The notes below the pieces were generated by a model. The model was given only the letters and a program-made list of their open reading frames with translations, was not told the origin of the DNA and made no database searches. This document shows positions 1-9,833 of a stretch of 64,000 nucleotides of DNA, piece by piece. The first letter of the stretch is position 1, and each line of letters opens with the position of its first letter. Source of the stretch: an uncultured Methylomirabilota bacterium (GTDB lineage Bacteria; Methylomirabilota; Methylomirabilia; Methylomirabilales; 2-02-FULL-66-22); assembly GCA_963705305.1 (NCBI GenBank), contig OY970067.1, positions 1,056,001-1,120,000 on the forward strand, written 5' to 3'. The position numbers and the translations under genes are program-made.

Positions 1-387
1 CGGCAGGGGAGACCCCTTGCCCAGAACGATGATGGTGGTGGGCCCGGGATTTTCGATGTGCTTGCTGCCCGGTCCGTGGCACGCCTGGCACCCTTGCGGC
101 TGGAGCGCGCCCTTGGACAGCTTCGTCCCCAGGAGCTTTCCGTGCAGGGTGTTTTCCATCTCCTTGAACTTGTCCTCGTGACAGCCCTTGCAAACGTCAT
201 TCGCGACGTAAGTCGCCCCCTGGATCTTGGGGACTTCGGCCTTCGCCGGGGCTGCCAGGAGCGAATCGAGACGGGCACCGCAGCCCGAGACGATCACCAA
301 GGCGCCGACCAGACCCACCAGCCCCCAGAGCCACCCGGGGCGCATCCGTCGGGAATCTGCCGGTCGTGGCATGCCGCGCAATTCCAT
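1..387 (-). CDS. MtrA/DmsE-like multiheme c-type cytochrome lipoprotein, 5' part only (runs off the window)
   Basis: Manual translation: MELRG...GLVGALVIVSGC (lipobox-like)...ATYVANDVCKGCH...GCQACHGPGSKH. Two CxxCH motifs in the N-terminal pattern of DmsE/MtrA decahemes; RBS GGAGGGAG. Not in the ORF track because it is truncated. Confidence 0.75.
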   Translation of the reverse strand, partial: MELRGMPRPADSRRMRPGWLWGLVGLVGALVIVSGCGARLDSLLAAPAKAEVPKIQGATYVANDVCKGCHEDKFKEMENTLHGKLLGTKLSKGALQPQGCQACHGPGSKHIENPGPTTIIVLGKGSPLP

Positions 388-487
388 TTGATCTCCCTCC
401 GGACCGTGATTATGGAAAACTCGATTCCTCAAGCGAGCAGCCTGCCGATACAAGTGTCGTGACAATCTCCTGCAGGTCTTGTGAGAG

Positions 488-503
488 AGCAACCATGGTG
501 CCA
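488..503 (-). promoter_or_regulatory. sigma54 -24/-12 promoter for the multiheme cytochrome
   Basis: Minus strand reads TGGCAC-CATGG-TTGCT, a consensus match about 100 bp upstream of the ATG. Confidence 0.85.
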
Positions 504-620
504 TTGCAGTGAGGGATCACCAAATCCGACTTACAAACGACCAACCTCAGTATTGTCGACCAGTTACGAGTGAATGGGTTCACAATCCATCCATCGAACC
601 ATGCTGTTTTCCCCCGACGC

Positions 621-671
621 TGCGAGAAATCGCGCACGATGATTGTCCGGAGGCCTGCGAGATTCCACGCA
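621..671. promoter_or_regulatory. Paired TGCG-N8-CGCA palindromes (candidate enhancer-binding-protein sites)
   Basis: TGCGagaaatcgCGCA at 621-636 and TGCGagattccaCGCA at 656-671, 120-170 bp upstream of the sigma54 promoter. Confidence 0.6.
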
Positions 672-763
672 GGGCGGGACACTGCTGCAGAAGGCGTCCT
701 CCGATTGATCACCCCCCCCGCCGCCGGTGCGTGCCAGGTCTCAGGATCCTTTCCGGCAGAAAG

Positions 764-1141
764 TTATGAGTATGAGGACGACTGCAAGGCGCGGGAGATG
801 GCTGCCTCTAGGAGGGATGCATCGCAGGGCTTGTCCAGATGCCCGCTGGCCCCGAGCAGCAGGGCCTGGCGAGCCGTCTCGCTGGTGGCATCCGCAGTCA
901 TCATGAGGACGGGAAGCTTGGGGTGAGAACGGCGGATGGCGGTGAGCACGGCAAAGCCGTCCGCATCCGGGAGCGAGACATCCAGCAGGACCAGATCGGG
1001 TGCCGCCCGTCGGACGGCGGCGAGTCCCTCTGCCGCCGACGACGCCTCCACCACGCAATAACCGGCACGGCCGAGCACGGCGGACACCGACCAGCGAATG
1101 AGCTTGTCGTCGTCAACGACCAGGACTACAGGCGCCTCCAT
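764..1141 (-). CDS. Single-domain response regulator (receiver)
   Basis: VLVVDDD...LVLLDVSLPDADG...MMTA...KP receiver motifs. Confidence 0.85.
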   Translation of the reverse strand: MEAPVVLVVDDDKLIRWSVSAVLGRAGYCVVEASSAAEGLAAVRRAAPDLVLLDVSLPDADGFAVLTAIRRSHPKLPVLMMTADATSETARQALLLGASGHLDKPCDASLLEAAISRALQSSSYS

Positions 1142-1252
1142 AGACAGTCCCCGGACAAAGGCCCCTCTAATCCCGAATGCTGCAGTTCTAGCGCAGAGCA
1201 CCCCATGACCGCAAAGGAAACCCCACCTTGGCGGTGAAACATCTTGGCTCAT

Positions 1253-1268
1253 AGCAAGAACAGTTCCA
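1253..1268 (-). promoter_or_regulatory. sigma54 -24/-12 promoter for the receiver gene
   Basis: Minus strand reads TGGAAC-TGTTC-TTGCT. Confidence 0.7.
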
Positions 1269-1369
1269 TCCAGGAGCCCGAAGGGGCGGGGTCCCCCGGC
1301 AATCTTTACCAGATGCTGCTTCCGAGAGCCTTGTGTGATGCTGTTCTTCGGGTTTGGGTGGGCTCGGGC

Positions 1370-1407
1370 TGCGAGAAAACTCTCACGGAGCTGCGGGGAT
1401 TTGCGCA
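1370..1407. promoter_or_regulatory. Second pair of TGCG-N8-CGCA-like sites
   Basis: TGCGagaaaactCTCA at 1370-1385 and TGCGgggatttgCGCA at 1392-1407. Confidence 0.55.
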
Positions 1408-1437
1408 GCCGCTGACGCGCGTGAAAGCGTGGGAGGG

Positions 1438-2841
1438 TTAGGGCGGGGACAGCAACCCGAACTTCTTCATCCGGGTCCGCAGCGCGTCCCGGCTGATCCC
1501 CAGGAGCCGTGCCGCCCGCACCTGATTGCCATCCGTAGCCTCCAGCGCCTGGCGCACCAGATCCCGCTCAACCTCTTCCAGCCGCAGGCCTTCCGCGGGA
1601 AGGGCCGCCGGCGCCGGCTTGGACGGCAGCGAGGGTTTGGCACCCTGCGCCCGGGCAGCCCGGTCGATCTCCGGCGGTAAGTGCTCGGGGCGCAGTGTGC
1701 CGCCGCCGGCCAGGATCATGGCCCGCTCCATGACATTCCGGAGCTCCCGCACGTTGCCGGGCCAGTGGTAGGCCTGCAGGAGGGCCCGGGCCTCCGGCGA
1801 TATCTCCAGGCTGGGGCGCCGCATCTCCCGGCCGAGCCGGGCAACGAAGCACTCGCATAGCGGCAGGATGTCCTCGGGCCGCTCCCGCAGGGGAGCGATG
1901 TAGATGGGAAAGACCTTCAGCCGGTAATACAAATCCTTCCGGAACTCGCCGGTCTCCAGGGCCCGGGTCAGCTCCCGGTTAGTGGCGGCGATGATGCGGA
2001 CGTCTACCTTCAAGTCCCGCGTGCCCCCGACCCGCCGGAAGGTCTTCTCCTCGATCAGCCGCAACAGCTTCGCTTGCAGCCCCAGCTTCATGTCGCCGAT
2101 CTCGTCCAGGTAGACCGTCCCGCCGTCAGCCTGCTCGAACAGCCCCTTCTTGAGGGCCTTGGCATCCGTGAAGGCCCCCCGCTCGTGGCCGAACAGCTCG
2201 CTCTCCAGGAGGTGCTCGGGGAGGGCCACGCAATTGACCGCCAGGAAGGGGGCGCGGGCCCGGGCGCTCTCGTAATGAATGATGCGGGCCACCAGATCCT
2301 TGCCGGTGCCGCTCTCCCCCTCCAGCAGGACCGTGGTGGCGTCGCTCTGCGCGATGCGCGGGATGAGGGCGTGAAGATCCTGGACGATCCGGCTGGTGCC
2401 GATCAGGTCGCAGAGGCACGAGCCGAGCCGCACCTCGGCCTGATAGCGGGCCACATCGCGGCGCAAGGTCCGGGTCTCCAGGGCCTTGCGGACCGTGAGC
2501 TTCAGCTCCTCCATGTCGAAGGGCTTGATGACGTAGTCGTAGGCCCCCAGCTTCATCGCCCGCACGGCCGACTCCACCCCGCCGTGGGCCGTGATCATGA
2601 TCACCAGGCTCTCCGGATCCCCGGCGCGCAGCCGCTCCAGGATCTCCAGGCCGTCGGCGTCGGGGAGCCGGATGTCCAGCAGGACCAGATCGGGGGGCTC
2701 CGCCTGGACTTTTCGCAGCGCCTCCGCCCCGCTGTCCGCCAGAAGGACCGTATACCCTTCCCGCTGCAGCTGCTGCTCCAGCGACCAGCGGATCAGGTGC
2801 TCGTCGTCCACCACCAGGATGGTGCCCGCCCCGTGCGTCAT
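1438..2841 (-). CDS. sigma54-dependent Fis-family response regulator (NtrC/AtoC type)
   Basis: Receiver domain, GESGTGKD Walker A, ESELFGHERGAFTDA, C-terminal HTH. Confidence 0.95.
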   Translation of the reverse strand: MTHGAGTILVVDDEHLIRWSLEQQLQREGYTVLLADSGAEALRKVQAEPPDLVLLDIRLPDADGLEILERLRAGDPESLVIMITAHGGVESAVRAMKLGAYDYVIKPFDMEELKLTVRKALETRTLRRDVARYQAEVRLGSCLCDLIGTSRIVQDLHALIPRIAQSDATTVLLEGESGTGKDLVARIIHYESARARAPFLAVNCVALPEHLLESELFGHERGAFTDAKALKKGLFEQADGGTVYLDEIGDMKLGLQAKLLRLIEEKTFRRVGGTRDLKVDVRIIAATNRELTRALETGEFRKDLYYRLKVFPIYIAPLRERPEDILPLCECFVARLGREMRRPSLEISPEARALLQAYHWPGNVRELRNVMERAMILAGGGTLRPEHLPPEIDRAARAQGAKPSLPSKPAPAALPAEGLRLEEVERDLVRQALEATDGNQVRAARLLGISRDALRTRMKKFGLLSPP

Positions 2842-4406
2842 CGCGCCAGATCCTCTATCCGATTCCGCGACGGGTCGACCGGCAGGCAGACGCGGAAGGT
2901 CGCCCCCTGTCCCTCCGGACTCTCGACCTCGATCCAGCCGCCGTGATCCTCGACGATGCGGCGGCTCACGGAGAGTCCCAGGCCGGTCCCGCGGTGCTTC
3001 GTGGTGAAGAAGGGTTTGAACAGATCGGGGAGGACGTGGGCCGGGATGCCGGGGCCGCTGTCGGTCACGGCGACTTCCACGACCGAGCCGGTCGTCGCCC
3101 GCCCGTCCCCGTTCCCGCCGCTCCCGTCCCGGAGCCGGGTCTGCAGCCTGGCCTGTCCGCCGCCGGGCATGGCCTGGATGGCGTTCAGGATCAGATTCAG
3201 GAACACCTGGCCGAGCTGTTTCCCGTCCGCTTCGAGCCGGGGCACCTCGGGCTGGTAATCCCGCACAACCCGCACGTGCTTGGCCTCGGGATCCTCGGCC
3301 AAAAGCAGGAGGATGCGGTCCAGAACCTTGTGGATGTCGCAGGGGGCCACATCGGGCTGCCCGGGACGCGCAAAGGCCAGGAGATCCCGTACGGTCTTGT
3401 CCAGCCGCCGCACCTGGGACAAGACCTCGCGCATGATCTCCTTGCGCGGGTTGCTGTCCGGCATCTCTTCGGCCATCACCTGGATGGCCCCGGCGATTCC
3501 GGCCAGCGGGTTCTTGATCTCGTGGGCCAGCGAGGCCGCCAGCTCTCCCAGGGAGGCCAGCCGCTCGGCCCGCTCTAGGCGCCGCTGGTGGTACACCTGG
3601 ATCTCCGCCCGGGCCGCCCGCAGCTTCTGCACCATGGCGTTGAAGCTGCGGGCCAGGTGGCCGAACTCATCCCACCGCCGGCCATCCGCATGCGCCTCCA
3701 AATCGCCGCCCTCTACCCTGGCCATGGCCCGGACGAGGGCCGCCACCGGCCGGTCCACCAGCCGGACCATAAGGAAGGCGCCGCCGCCAGCCAGGACCAC
3801 GGCGGTGAAGAGCATGGTCCAGAGGGCGGACTGCTCCATCTCGGCAATATCCGCATAGGTTTTGGCATAAGAGATGTCCACGTGCAGAATGCCGTTGATG
3901 GCCGCCTGGCTCCCATGGCACGGGTAGCACTCCGGACGGTTTTCAATGCGCTTGACGACCGAGTGGACTTCCTCGCCGTTGTCAAAAAACTCGGCCACCG
4001 TCAGGTCCGGCTGCTCCAGATACCGGGAGAGCCGGTTCCGCTGCAACGTGCGCCCCACCAGCTCCGGCGCGGAGGCCTGGAGGATCTTGCCGTTGCTGTC
4101 GAAGATGACCACCCGCCGGATATCGGGATCCCGCCCTACCTCTTGCAGGATGCGCGGAACGGCTCTGTGGCGCCCCTCGCGCATAGAGATCTGGATTCCC
4201 CGGTCGATGGCCAAGGCGATAGCCTTCGCCTTCTCCTCCGTGGCCTGGAGCATATGCTGCTTCAGGAGGCTCAGATTCCACAGCGTGAGCAGCGCCAGGA
4301 CCACGACCACCAGCAGGATCAGGGCCGCGACGAACTTGAGCTTCAGGCTGGAGAGGAGCAGTCGGGGGCGGCGCCAACCACGGAAGACGGGAAAATCGAG
4401 CGTCAT
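2838..4406 (-). CDS. Membrane sensor histidine kinase with periplasmic heme-c motif and HAMP domain
   Basis: Two TM segments, CYPCH in the periplasmic part, HAMP, AHEIKNPL H-box, N and G boxes. Confidence 0.9.
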   Translation of the reverse strand: MTLDFPVFRGWRRPRLLLSSLKLKFVAALILLVVVVLALLTLWNLSLLKQHMLQATEEKAKAIALAIDRGIQISMREGRHRAVPRILQEVGRDPDIRRVVIFDSNGKILQASAPELVGRTLQRNRLSRYLEQPDLTVAEFFDNGEEVHSVVKRIENRPECYPCHGSQAAINGILHVDISYAKTYADIAEMEQSALWTMLFTAVVLAGGGAFLMVRLVDRPVAALVRAMARVEGGDLEAHADGRRWDEFGHLARSFNAMVQKLRAARAEIQVYHQRRLERAERLASLGELAASLAHEIKNPLAGIAGAIQVMAEEMPDSNPRKEIMREVLSQVRRLDKTVRDLLAFARPGQPDVAPCDIHKVLDRILLLLAEDPEAKHVRVVRDYQPEVPRLEADGKQLGQVFLNLILNAIQAMPGGGQARLQTRLRDGSGGNGDGRATTGSVVEVAVTDSGPGIPAHVLPDLFKPFFTTKHRGTGLGLSVSRRIVEDHGGWIEVESPEGQGATFRVCLPVDPSRNRIEDLAR

Positions 4407-4582
4407 TTCCGCCCTCCCAGCGGAAACCCGGGTTCGAAGTCCGGCGGCATGGAGATTCTGGTGGACGGCTTCCGCCGGAACGACAGAAATGCAGCGGCAG
4501 CCGTCGGAGGCGGACAGCGCGTGCGCTACCACCCCATTTCGTGATGGCAGTCTCTATGGATGAGGTGCCACGGCACAGGGGG

Positions 4583-5974
4583 TCAGTGGCCGCCGCCCGA
4601 CAACTCTTTGACGATGTCCCCCACGAACGCCTTCGCGTCGCCGAAGAGCATCAGCGTCTTGTCCATGTAGTACAGGGGATTGTCGATGCCGGCGAAGCCG
4701 GGGTTCAGGCTCCGCTTGATCACCATCACAGTGCGCCCCCGATCCACCTCGATGATGGGCATGCCGTAGATGGGGCTCCCCTTGTCGGTCTTGGCGGCGG
4801 GGTTCGTGACGTCGTTCGCCCCGATGATGAGCGCCACGTCGGTCTGGCCCATGTCGCCGTTGGCCGTCTGCATGTCCACCAGCTTGTCGTAGGGGATGTC
4901 CGCCTCCGCGAGCAGGACGTTCATGTGCCCCGGCATGCGCCCGGCCACGGGGTGGATGGCAAACTTCACGTCCACCCCCTTCTTGGTGAGCACGTCGAAC
5001 AGCTCGCGCACCCGGTGCTGCGCCTGGGCCACCGCCATCCCGTAGCCCGGCACCACCATCACGGAGTTCGCCGAGCCGAGGATCGCCGCCGCGTCCTCGG
5101 GGGTGGCGCTCCGGACAGTGCGGTCCTCCTGGGCAACCTTGGCCGATGTCTGGATCTGGCCGAAGGCCCCGAAGAGCACGTTGGTGAACGAGCGGTTCAT
5201 CGCTTTGCACATGATGACCGACAGGATGAAGCCCGAGGAGCCGTCGAGCGCCCCGGCCACCACCAGCACGGTGCTGTTCAGGACGAAGCCCAGCAGGGCG
5301 GCCGAGAGCCCCACGTAGGAGTTGAGCAGGGAGATCACCGTCGGCATGTCGGCGCCGCCGATCGGCGTCACGAGCAGCACGCCGAAGAGGAGCGAGACGA
5401 CGACCATCGCCGGAAAGAGCGCGGTGAGCAGCGGGTTGAAGATGAGGACGAGCGCCAGCACCACGGCCGTGCCCAGCACCGCGAAGCTGACGTAGTTCTG
5501 GCCTTTGTAGGTGATGGGCCGCTGCGGCAGGATCTCCTGCAGCTTGCCCGCGGCGATCAGGCTCCCCGTGAAGCTGAGCGAGCCGATGATCACCTCCATG
5601 GCGATCTCGGTCATCCCGAACGCGTTCAGGTGCGGGAGCCGCACGTAGTACTCGGAGATCCCGATGGTCGCGGCGGCCAGGGCGCCGAAGGCGTGGCTCA
5701 TGGCCGTCCGCTGGGGGACCGCGGTCATCTGCACGAGGCCCAGCGGGATGCCGATCATGACGCCCACCAGCAGGGCCACGATGATCCACCGGTACTCCAC
5801 GAGCTCCGGGTGGGCGAAGGTGGTGGCCACCGCCAGGGCCGCGCCGATCTCACCCGCCAGCACGCCGTGCCGCGCGGTCGCCGGGGAACTGAGCCACTTG
5901 AGCGACAGGATGAAGAGCGCGATGGCCAGGATGTACGAAAAATCGAACAAGTGGGCCGTGTGGACGAGGCTCAT
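4583..5974 (-). CDS. pntB: NAD(P) transhydrogenase subunit beta
   Basis: IGGADMP, VPGYGMAVAQAQH, HPVAGRMPGHMNVLLAEA motifs. Confidence 0.97.
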   Translation of the reverse strand: MSLVHTAHLFDFSYILAIALFILSLKWLSSPATARHGVLAGEIGAALAVATTFAHPELVEYRWIIVALLVGVMIGIPLGLVQMTAVPQRTAMSHAFGALAAATIGISEYYVRLPHLNAFGMTEIAMEVIIGSLSFTGSLIAAGKLQEILPQRPITYKGQNYVSFAVLGTAVVLALVLIFNPLLTALFPAMVVVSLLFGVLLVTPIGGADMPTVISLLNSYVGLSAALLGFVLNSTVLVVAGALDGSSGFILSVIMCKAMNRSFTNVLFGAFGQIQTSAKVAQEDRTVRSATPEDAAAILGSANSVMVVPGYGMAVAQAQHRVRELFDVLTKKGVDVKFAIHPVAGRMPGHMNVLLAEADIPYDKLVDMQTANGDMGQTDVALIIGANDVTNPAAKTDKGSPIYGMPIIEVDRGRTVMVIKRSLNPGFAGIDNPLYYMDKTLMLFGDAKAFVGDIVKELSGGGH

Positions 5975-6267
5975 CGTTTCTTCCGCCCGCTCGCCTTGAA
6001 CATCCGGAGCATGCGATCGGTGATCAGGAATCCGCCGATCATGTTGCTGAATGCGGCGGCCACCGCCACCGCCCCCAGCACCACCGACAGCGGCGATTCC
6101 GCGCGGCCGCAGATGATGATGGCGGCCACCACCACGATCGCGTCGAGGGCGTTGGTGAGCGACATCAGGGGCGTGTGCAGGAGCGGGGAAACGCGCCGGA
6201 TGACTTCGAACCCGACGAATCCCGCCAGCACGAACACGTACAGGTTGGTGATAAAGCCTTCAGGCAC
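5971..6267 (-). CDS. pntA: NAD(P) transhydrogenase subunit alpha part 2 (membrane part)
   Basis: LHTPLMSLTNA and GGFLITDRML motifs. Confidence 0.93.
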   Translation of the reverse strand: MPEGFITNLYVFVLAGFVGFEVIRRVSPLLHTPLMSLTNALDAIVVVAAIIICGRAESPLSVVLGAVAVAAAFSNMIGGFLITDRMLRMFKASGRKKR

Positions 6268-7361
6268 GGTGCCGCACCTCCCCTCTGTGGACCAGCGCCA
6301 TGGCGCCGGTGATTTCGTCGTTGAGATCGATCGTCAGGCGGCCCTCGGGAGCCAGGTGCCGAATCAGCGTGAGCAGGTTGCGCGACAACATCTGGCTCGC
6401 GTCCGTCGGCAGGGTGGATGGCAGATTCAGGGGGCCGAGCACCGTGACGCCGCCGGCCGTCACGTCGCGGCCCGCCTCCGTCGCTTCGCAGTTGCCTCCC
6501 GCCTCGGCGGCGAGATCCACCACCACCGCGCCAGGCTTCATGGCGGCGAGCATCGCGCGGGTGATGAGGCGCGGAGCCGGCTTGCCGGGGATGAGCGCGG
6601 TGGTGATCACGAGGTCCATTTCCTTCAGCGTGGCGCCGATCACCTCGAGCTCCCGGCGGTGCTGCTCTTCCGCCAGCTCCTTGGCGTAGCCCCCGGCGCC
6701 CTCGGCCACGATTCCTTCGGCCGCCACGAACTTGGCGCCGAGGCTCTCCACCTGCTCCTTCACCGCCGGCCGGAACGTCGAATGCCGATACGACAGCGCC
6801 CAGCCGCCGCGCGGTGGCGATCGCCTGGAGCCCCGCCACCCCCGCTCCCAGTACGAACACCTTGGCGGGAACGATCGTCCCGGCGGCCGTCGTGAGCATC
6901 GGCATCAGGCGCGGCAGCCGGGCCGCCCCGAGTAGCACCGCTTTGTAGCCCGCCACGGTGCTCTGCGAGGAGAGCACGTCCATCGCCTGGGCCCGCGTGA
7001 TGCGCGGCACCCGCTCGAGGGCGAGCGCCGTCGCCCGCCGCTCGGCGATGCGCGACAGCAGCGCCGCGTCGGGCCGCCCACCGAAGAGCGACACCACCAC
7101 CTGGCCTTCCCGCAGCCGGTCGGCTTCGTCGGCGCTGGGGGGCTGCACCTTCACCACCAGATCCGCTCGCCACACCTCCGCCGCATCGGCCAGCGCCGCG
7201 CCGGCGCCGCTGTAGGCGTCGTCGGGGGCGTAGGCCCCCGCGCCCGCCCCCCGTTCCACCACCACGTCGTTCTTGGCCTGGATGAGCCGGCCCACCGTCT
7301 CGGGCACCAGCGCCACGCGGCGCTCGCCTTCCCGTGTCTCCGTCGGCACTCCGATCTTCAT
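6260..7361 (-). CDS. pntA: NAD(P) transhydrogenase subunit alpha part 1, with a one-base insertion near 6772
   Basis: MKIGVP...ERRVALVP...MDVLSSQ...GAGVAGLQA, continuing in another frame as VKEQVESLGAKF...IPGKPAP...GGNC; the break reads GAC GTT C CGG CCG. Confidence 0.9.
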
Positions 7362-7790
7362 GCTCGATCCTCTGTGTGATGCAACGCGTGGGTGCGGACG
7401 GGGGCGGTGCCTCGTGAGGCCGCCGCCCCGTCGGGCACACAGCACCTTTCGGCCGAGCTCATCTCACTCGTCGGCCGCCGTCCCGGTCTGGTTTCGCAGA
7501 CGCACGGTGGATTGAGGATTGCGCAATTCCAAAACAGAGTCAAGTGAAAGTCGCCCCGGTCCAGACATCACGGTCAATTCCCTCCCCGCGGGGCGGACCC
7601 GCCGGCGGCCCCGGCATCTCTCCGCCGTCGGCTCTCCGCGCGCGTCAAGGCGCCGGCGGGCGACGCTCGCGGCAGGCCGACCGGGCATGCCGCCGGCATG
7701 GCAGCCTCTCAGGGGGCGTCAGGCGGTCCGCGGCGGTGCCGGAGGGACATCGGAGGGCCGCTGCACGACGCGGCCCTCTGCGTCCCGGGT

Positions 7791-8009
7791 TCAGGGAATG
7801 CCCCAGTGATCGAGCGGCAGGATCTCTCTCGGGATGGTCGTGACGAATCGCCGGACGACATCCTGGTCGGCCAGGAAGTCCGAGCCCTTCACCATGTCCC
7901 AGGCGTGCAGGTCGACGGGGTCCCCCTGCTCCGGGCGCAGCACGGCTGCCGTCCCCCCTTCGGCGCACACGGAGTGGGCCAGCCGCTGCGTCCTGATGTC
8001 CACCTCCAC
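7791..8009 (-). CDS. Small hypothetical protein (~72 aa)
   Basis: Protein-like ORF (VEVDIRTQRL...LPLDHWGIP) directly downstream of the fumarase beta gene; start uncertain. Confidence 0.4.
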   Translation of the reverse strand: MEVDIRTQRLAHSVCAEGGTAAVLRPEQGDPVDLHAWDMVKGSDFLADQDVVRRFVTTIPREILPLDHWGIP

Positions 8010-8029
8010 ACATGTCCGGGCCGGCACCC

Positions 8030-8593
8030 CTACAGGAGCTGCTGCAGCCGCTGCCTGGATCGCTCCAGCACCGCGGCGTGCAGGCTGTTGCCGTGCGCGT
8101 CCATGGTGACCACCGCGGGGAAGTCCTGCACACGGAAGGCCCAGATCGCCTCCGGGCTCCCGAACTCCTCCAGGCACACGCCCAGCACCCCGGTCACGCA
8201 TTCGGCCAGCACCTGCGCCGCCCCGCCGATCGCGTGCAGGTAGACGCAGCCGACCGCGGCGCAGGCGGCCAGCGTCTTCGCCCCCATGCCTCCCTTGCCG
8301 ATCACCGCGCGCAGCCGATATCGCTCGATGATCGACGCCTGGTACGGCTCCTCCCGGCCCGAGGTTGTCGGTCCGGCGGCCTTGACCACCCACCGCCCCT
8401 TCTCTTTGATCACGACCGGCCCGCAGTGATAGATCACCCCGTTGTCGAGCGTCACCGGCGGTTGGCCGCCCTCATAGAGGTACTTGTGCACGGCGTCGCG
8501 GCCCGTGTAGATGACGCCGGACAGCCTGACCATGTCCCCCATCTTCAACGCGCGGATTTTCTCCTCCGTGAATGGCTCGACGAGCTGGATCAT
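8030..8593 (-). CDS. Fe-S fumarate hydratase / tartrate dehydratase beta subunit
   Basis: YTGRDAVH, YHCGP, AGPTTS, IGKGGM motifs. Confidence 0.93.
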   Translation of the reverse strand: MIQLVEPFTEEKIRALKMGDMVRLSGVIYTGRDAVHKYLYEGGQPPVTLDNGVIYHCGPVVIKEKGRWVVKAAGPTTSGREEPYQASIIERYRLRAVIGKGGMGAKTLAACAAVGCVYLHAIGGAAQVLAECVTGVLGVCLEEFGSPEAIWAFRVQDFPAVVTMDAHGNSLHAAVLERSRQRLQQLL

Positions 8594-8792
8594 GATCGCC
8601 CCCTGGGGAGAGATGTCAGCAATCAGCGGTCAGCCGCACCAGCAATGCGACGCGTCGGGAATCTCTTGAGGCTTGCCCGCCCCGGCTGTCGTATCGCCGA
8701 ATGCCGGGACCGGAATCCAGTCGCGCCCGGTCCCTGCCCCGGCGCGCGACGCCCGCGGGGGCTCCCGCAGGCGGGCCAGGTTCCGCCGCCCC

Positions 8793-9671
8793 TCAATACA
8801 ACCACTGCACGATCTTGCCGCCCGCGCTCAAGACGAAGCCGCGCCGGCGATGGGCCCAGCACATGTAAGAGACAGAGACGAAGAAGCTGGCAGGCAAGCG
8901 ATTCAGGCTCCCAATCTTGCAGCCCAGAAGCGTCGTCGCCCCGCCGAAGCCCATCGGCCCGATCTCCAGCTTGTTGGCGGTGGCCACGATATCGTTTTCG
9001 AGGGCCGCCAGCGTCAGGTCCGGGTTAACGTCATCCAGCGGCCGGAGGAGCTGCTCCTTCGAATGCAGGAAGCCGGTCGCCCGGTCCCCGCCGATGCAGA
9101 CGCCCAGGATCCCCGGACCGCACCCCTGTCCCTGCGCCTGCAGGACGGCGTCCAGGATGACCTTTCGGACGCCCCCCAGCTCGCGGCTGGCGCCGACCCG
9201 GGTGTCGGGGAGCGAGTACTGCGCTCCGACGTTCTCACACCCCCCGCCTTTCAGGATCAGACGGACGTCCAGTCGCCGTCCGTGATGCTGGTGGAAGTGA
9301 AAGCAGGGACTCCCGGGCCCGAGATTGTTTCCCGTATTCTTGCCCGTGACCGAATTCACCGAGTTCTGCCGCAGGTAGCCGGCGGCGGTCGCCTTGGCGA
9401 CCGCCCCGCTTGCGGCGCGCTCGAAGGCCAGTTGGTCAAACCCGATCGGCGCCTTGACGAAGAACAGGATGCTGCCGGTGTCCTGGCAGACAGGCGCCGA
9501 CTTCCGCTTGGCCAGTTCGATGTTGTCTTGGATGATGTGCATGGCATACCCGCCTCGGCTGCCGTCTCCCTCCCGCGCGGCGCCTCGCCCAATCGCCGCC
9601 ACGACATCGCCCGGCAATTCCGCCGAAGTCCGGCGGATCAACTCCAACAGGTTGGCACTCAAGTTGCGCAT
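8793..9671 (-). CDS. Fe-S fumarate hydratase alpha subunit
   Basis: PVCQDTG, KGGGCEN, GCGPG, IGPMGFGG, CWAHRR motifs. Confidence 0.93.
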   Translation of the reverse strand: MRNLSANLLELIRRTSAELPGDVVAAIGRGAAREGDGSRGGYAMHIIQDNIELAKRKSAPVCQDTGSILFFVKAPIGFDQLAFERAASGAVAKATAAGYLRQNSVNSVTGKNTGNNLGPGSPCFHFHQHHGRRLDVRLILKGGGCENVGAQYSLPDTRVGASRELGGVRKVILDAVLQAQGQGCGPGILGVCIGGDRATGFLHSKEQLLRPLDDVNPDLTLAALENDIVATANKLEIGPMGFGGATTLLGCKIGSLNRLPASFFVSVSYMCWAHRRRGFVLSAGGKIVQWLY

Positions 9672-9833
9672 GGGTCCGTTCCTTTTCGGCGCCGCGGATC
9701 GGCGGCCGCCTGCGTGCGACCTTCCGGCCACCCCCCTGCCCATCCGCGCCGCCAGGAGCCCTGTCCCGAGCGGCGCCGGGGGGCGAGGGGGATGTCGCCA
9801 GCCCGTGGTCCCTGTGGCCGGGCGAGGTCGGGC

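Noticed and set aside
6765..6780. Programmed frameshift in pntA
   Set aside because: No slippery heptamer, and similar indels occur in three other genes
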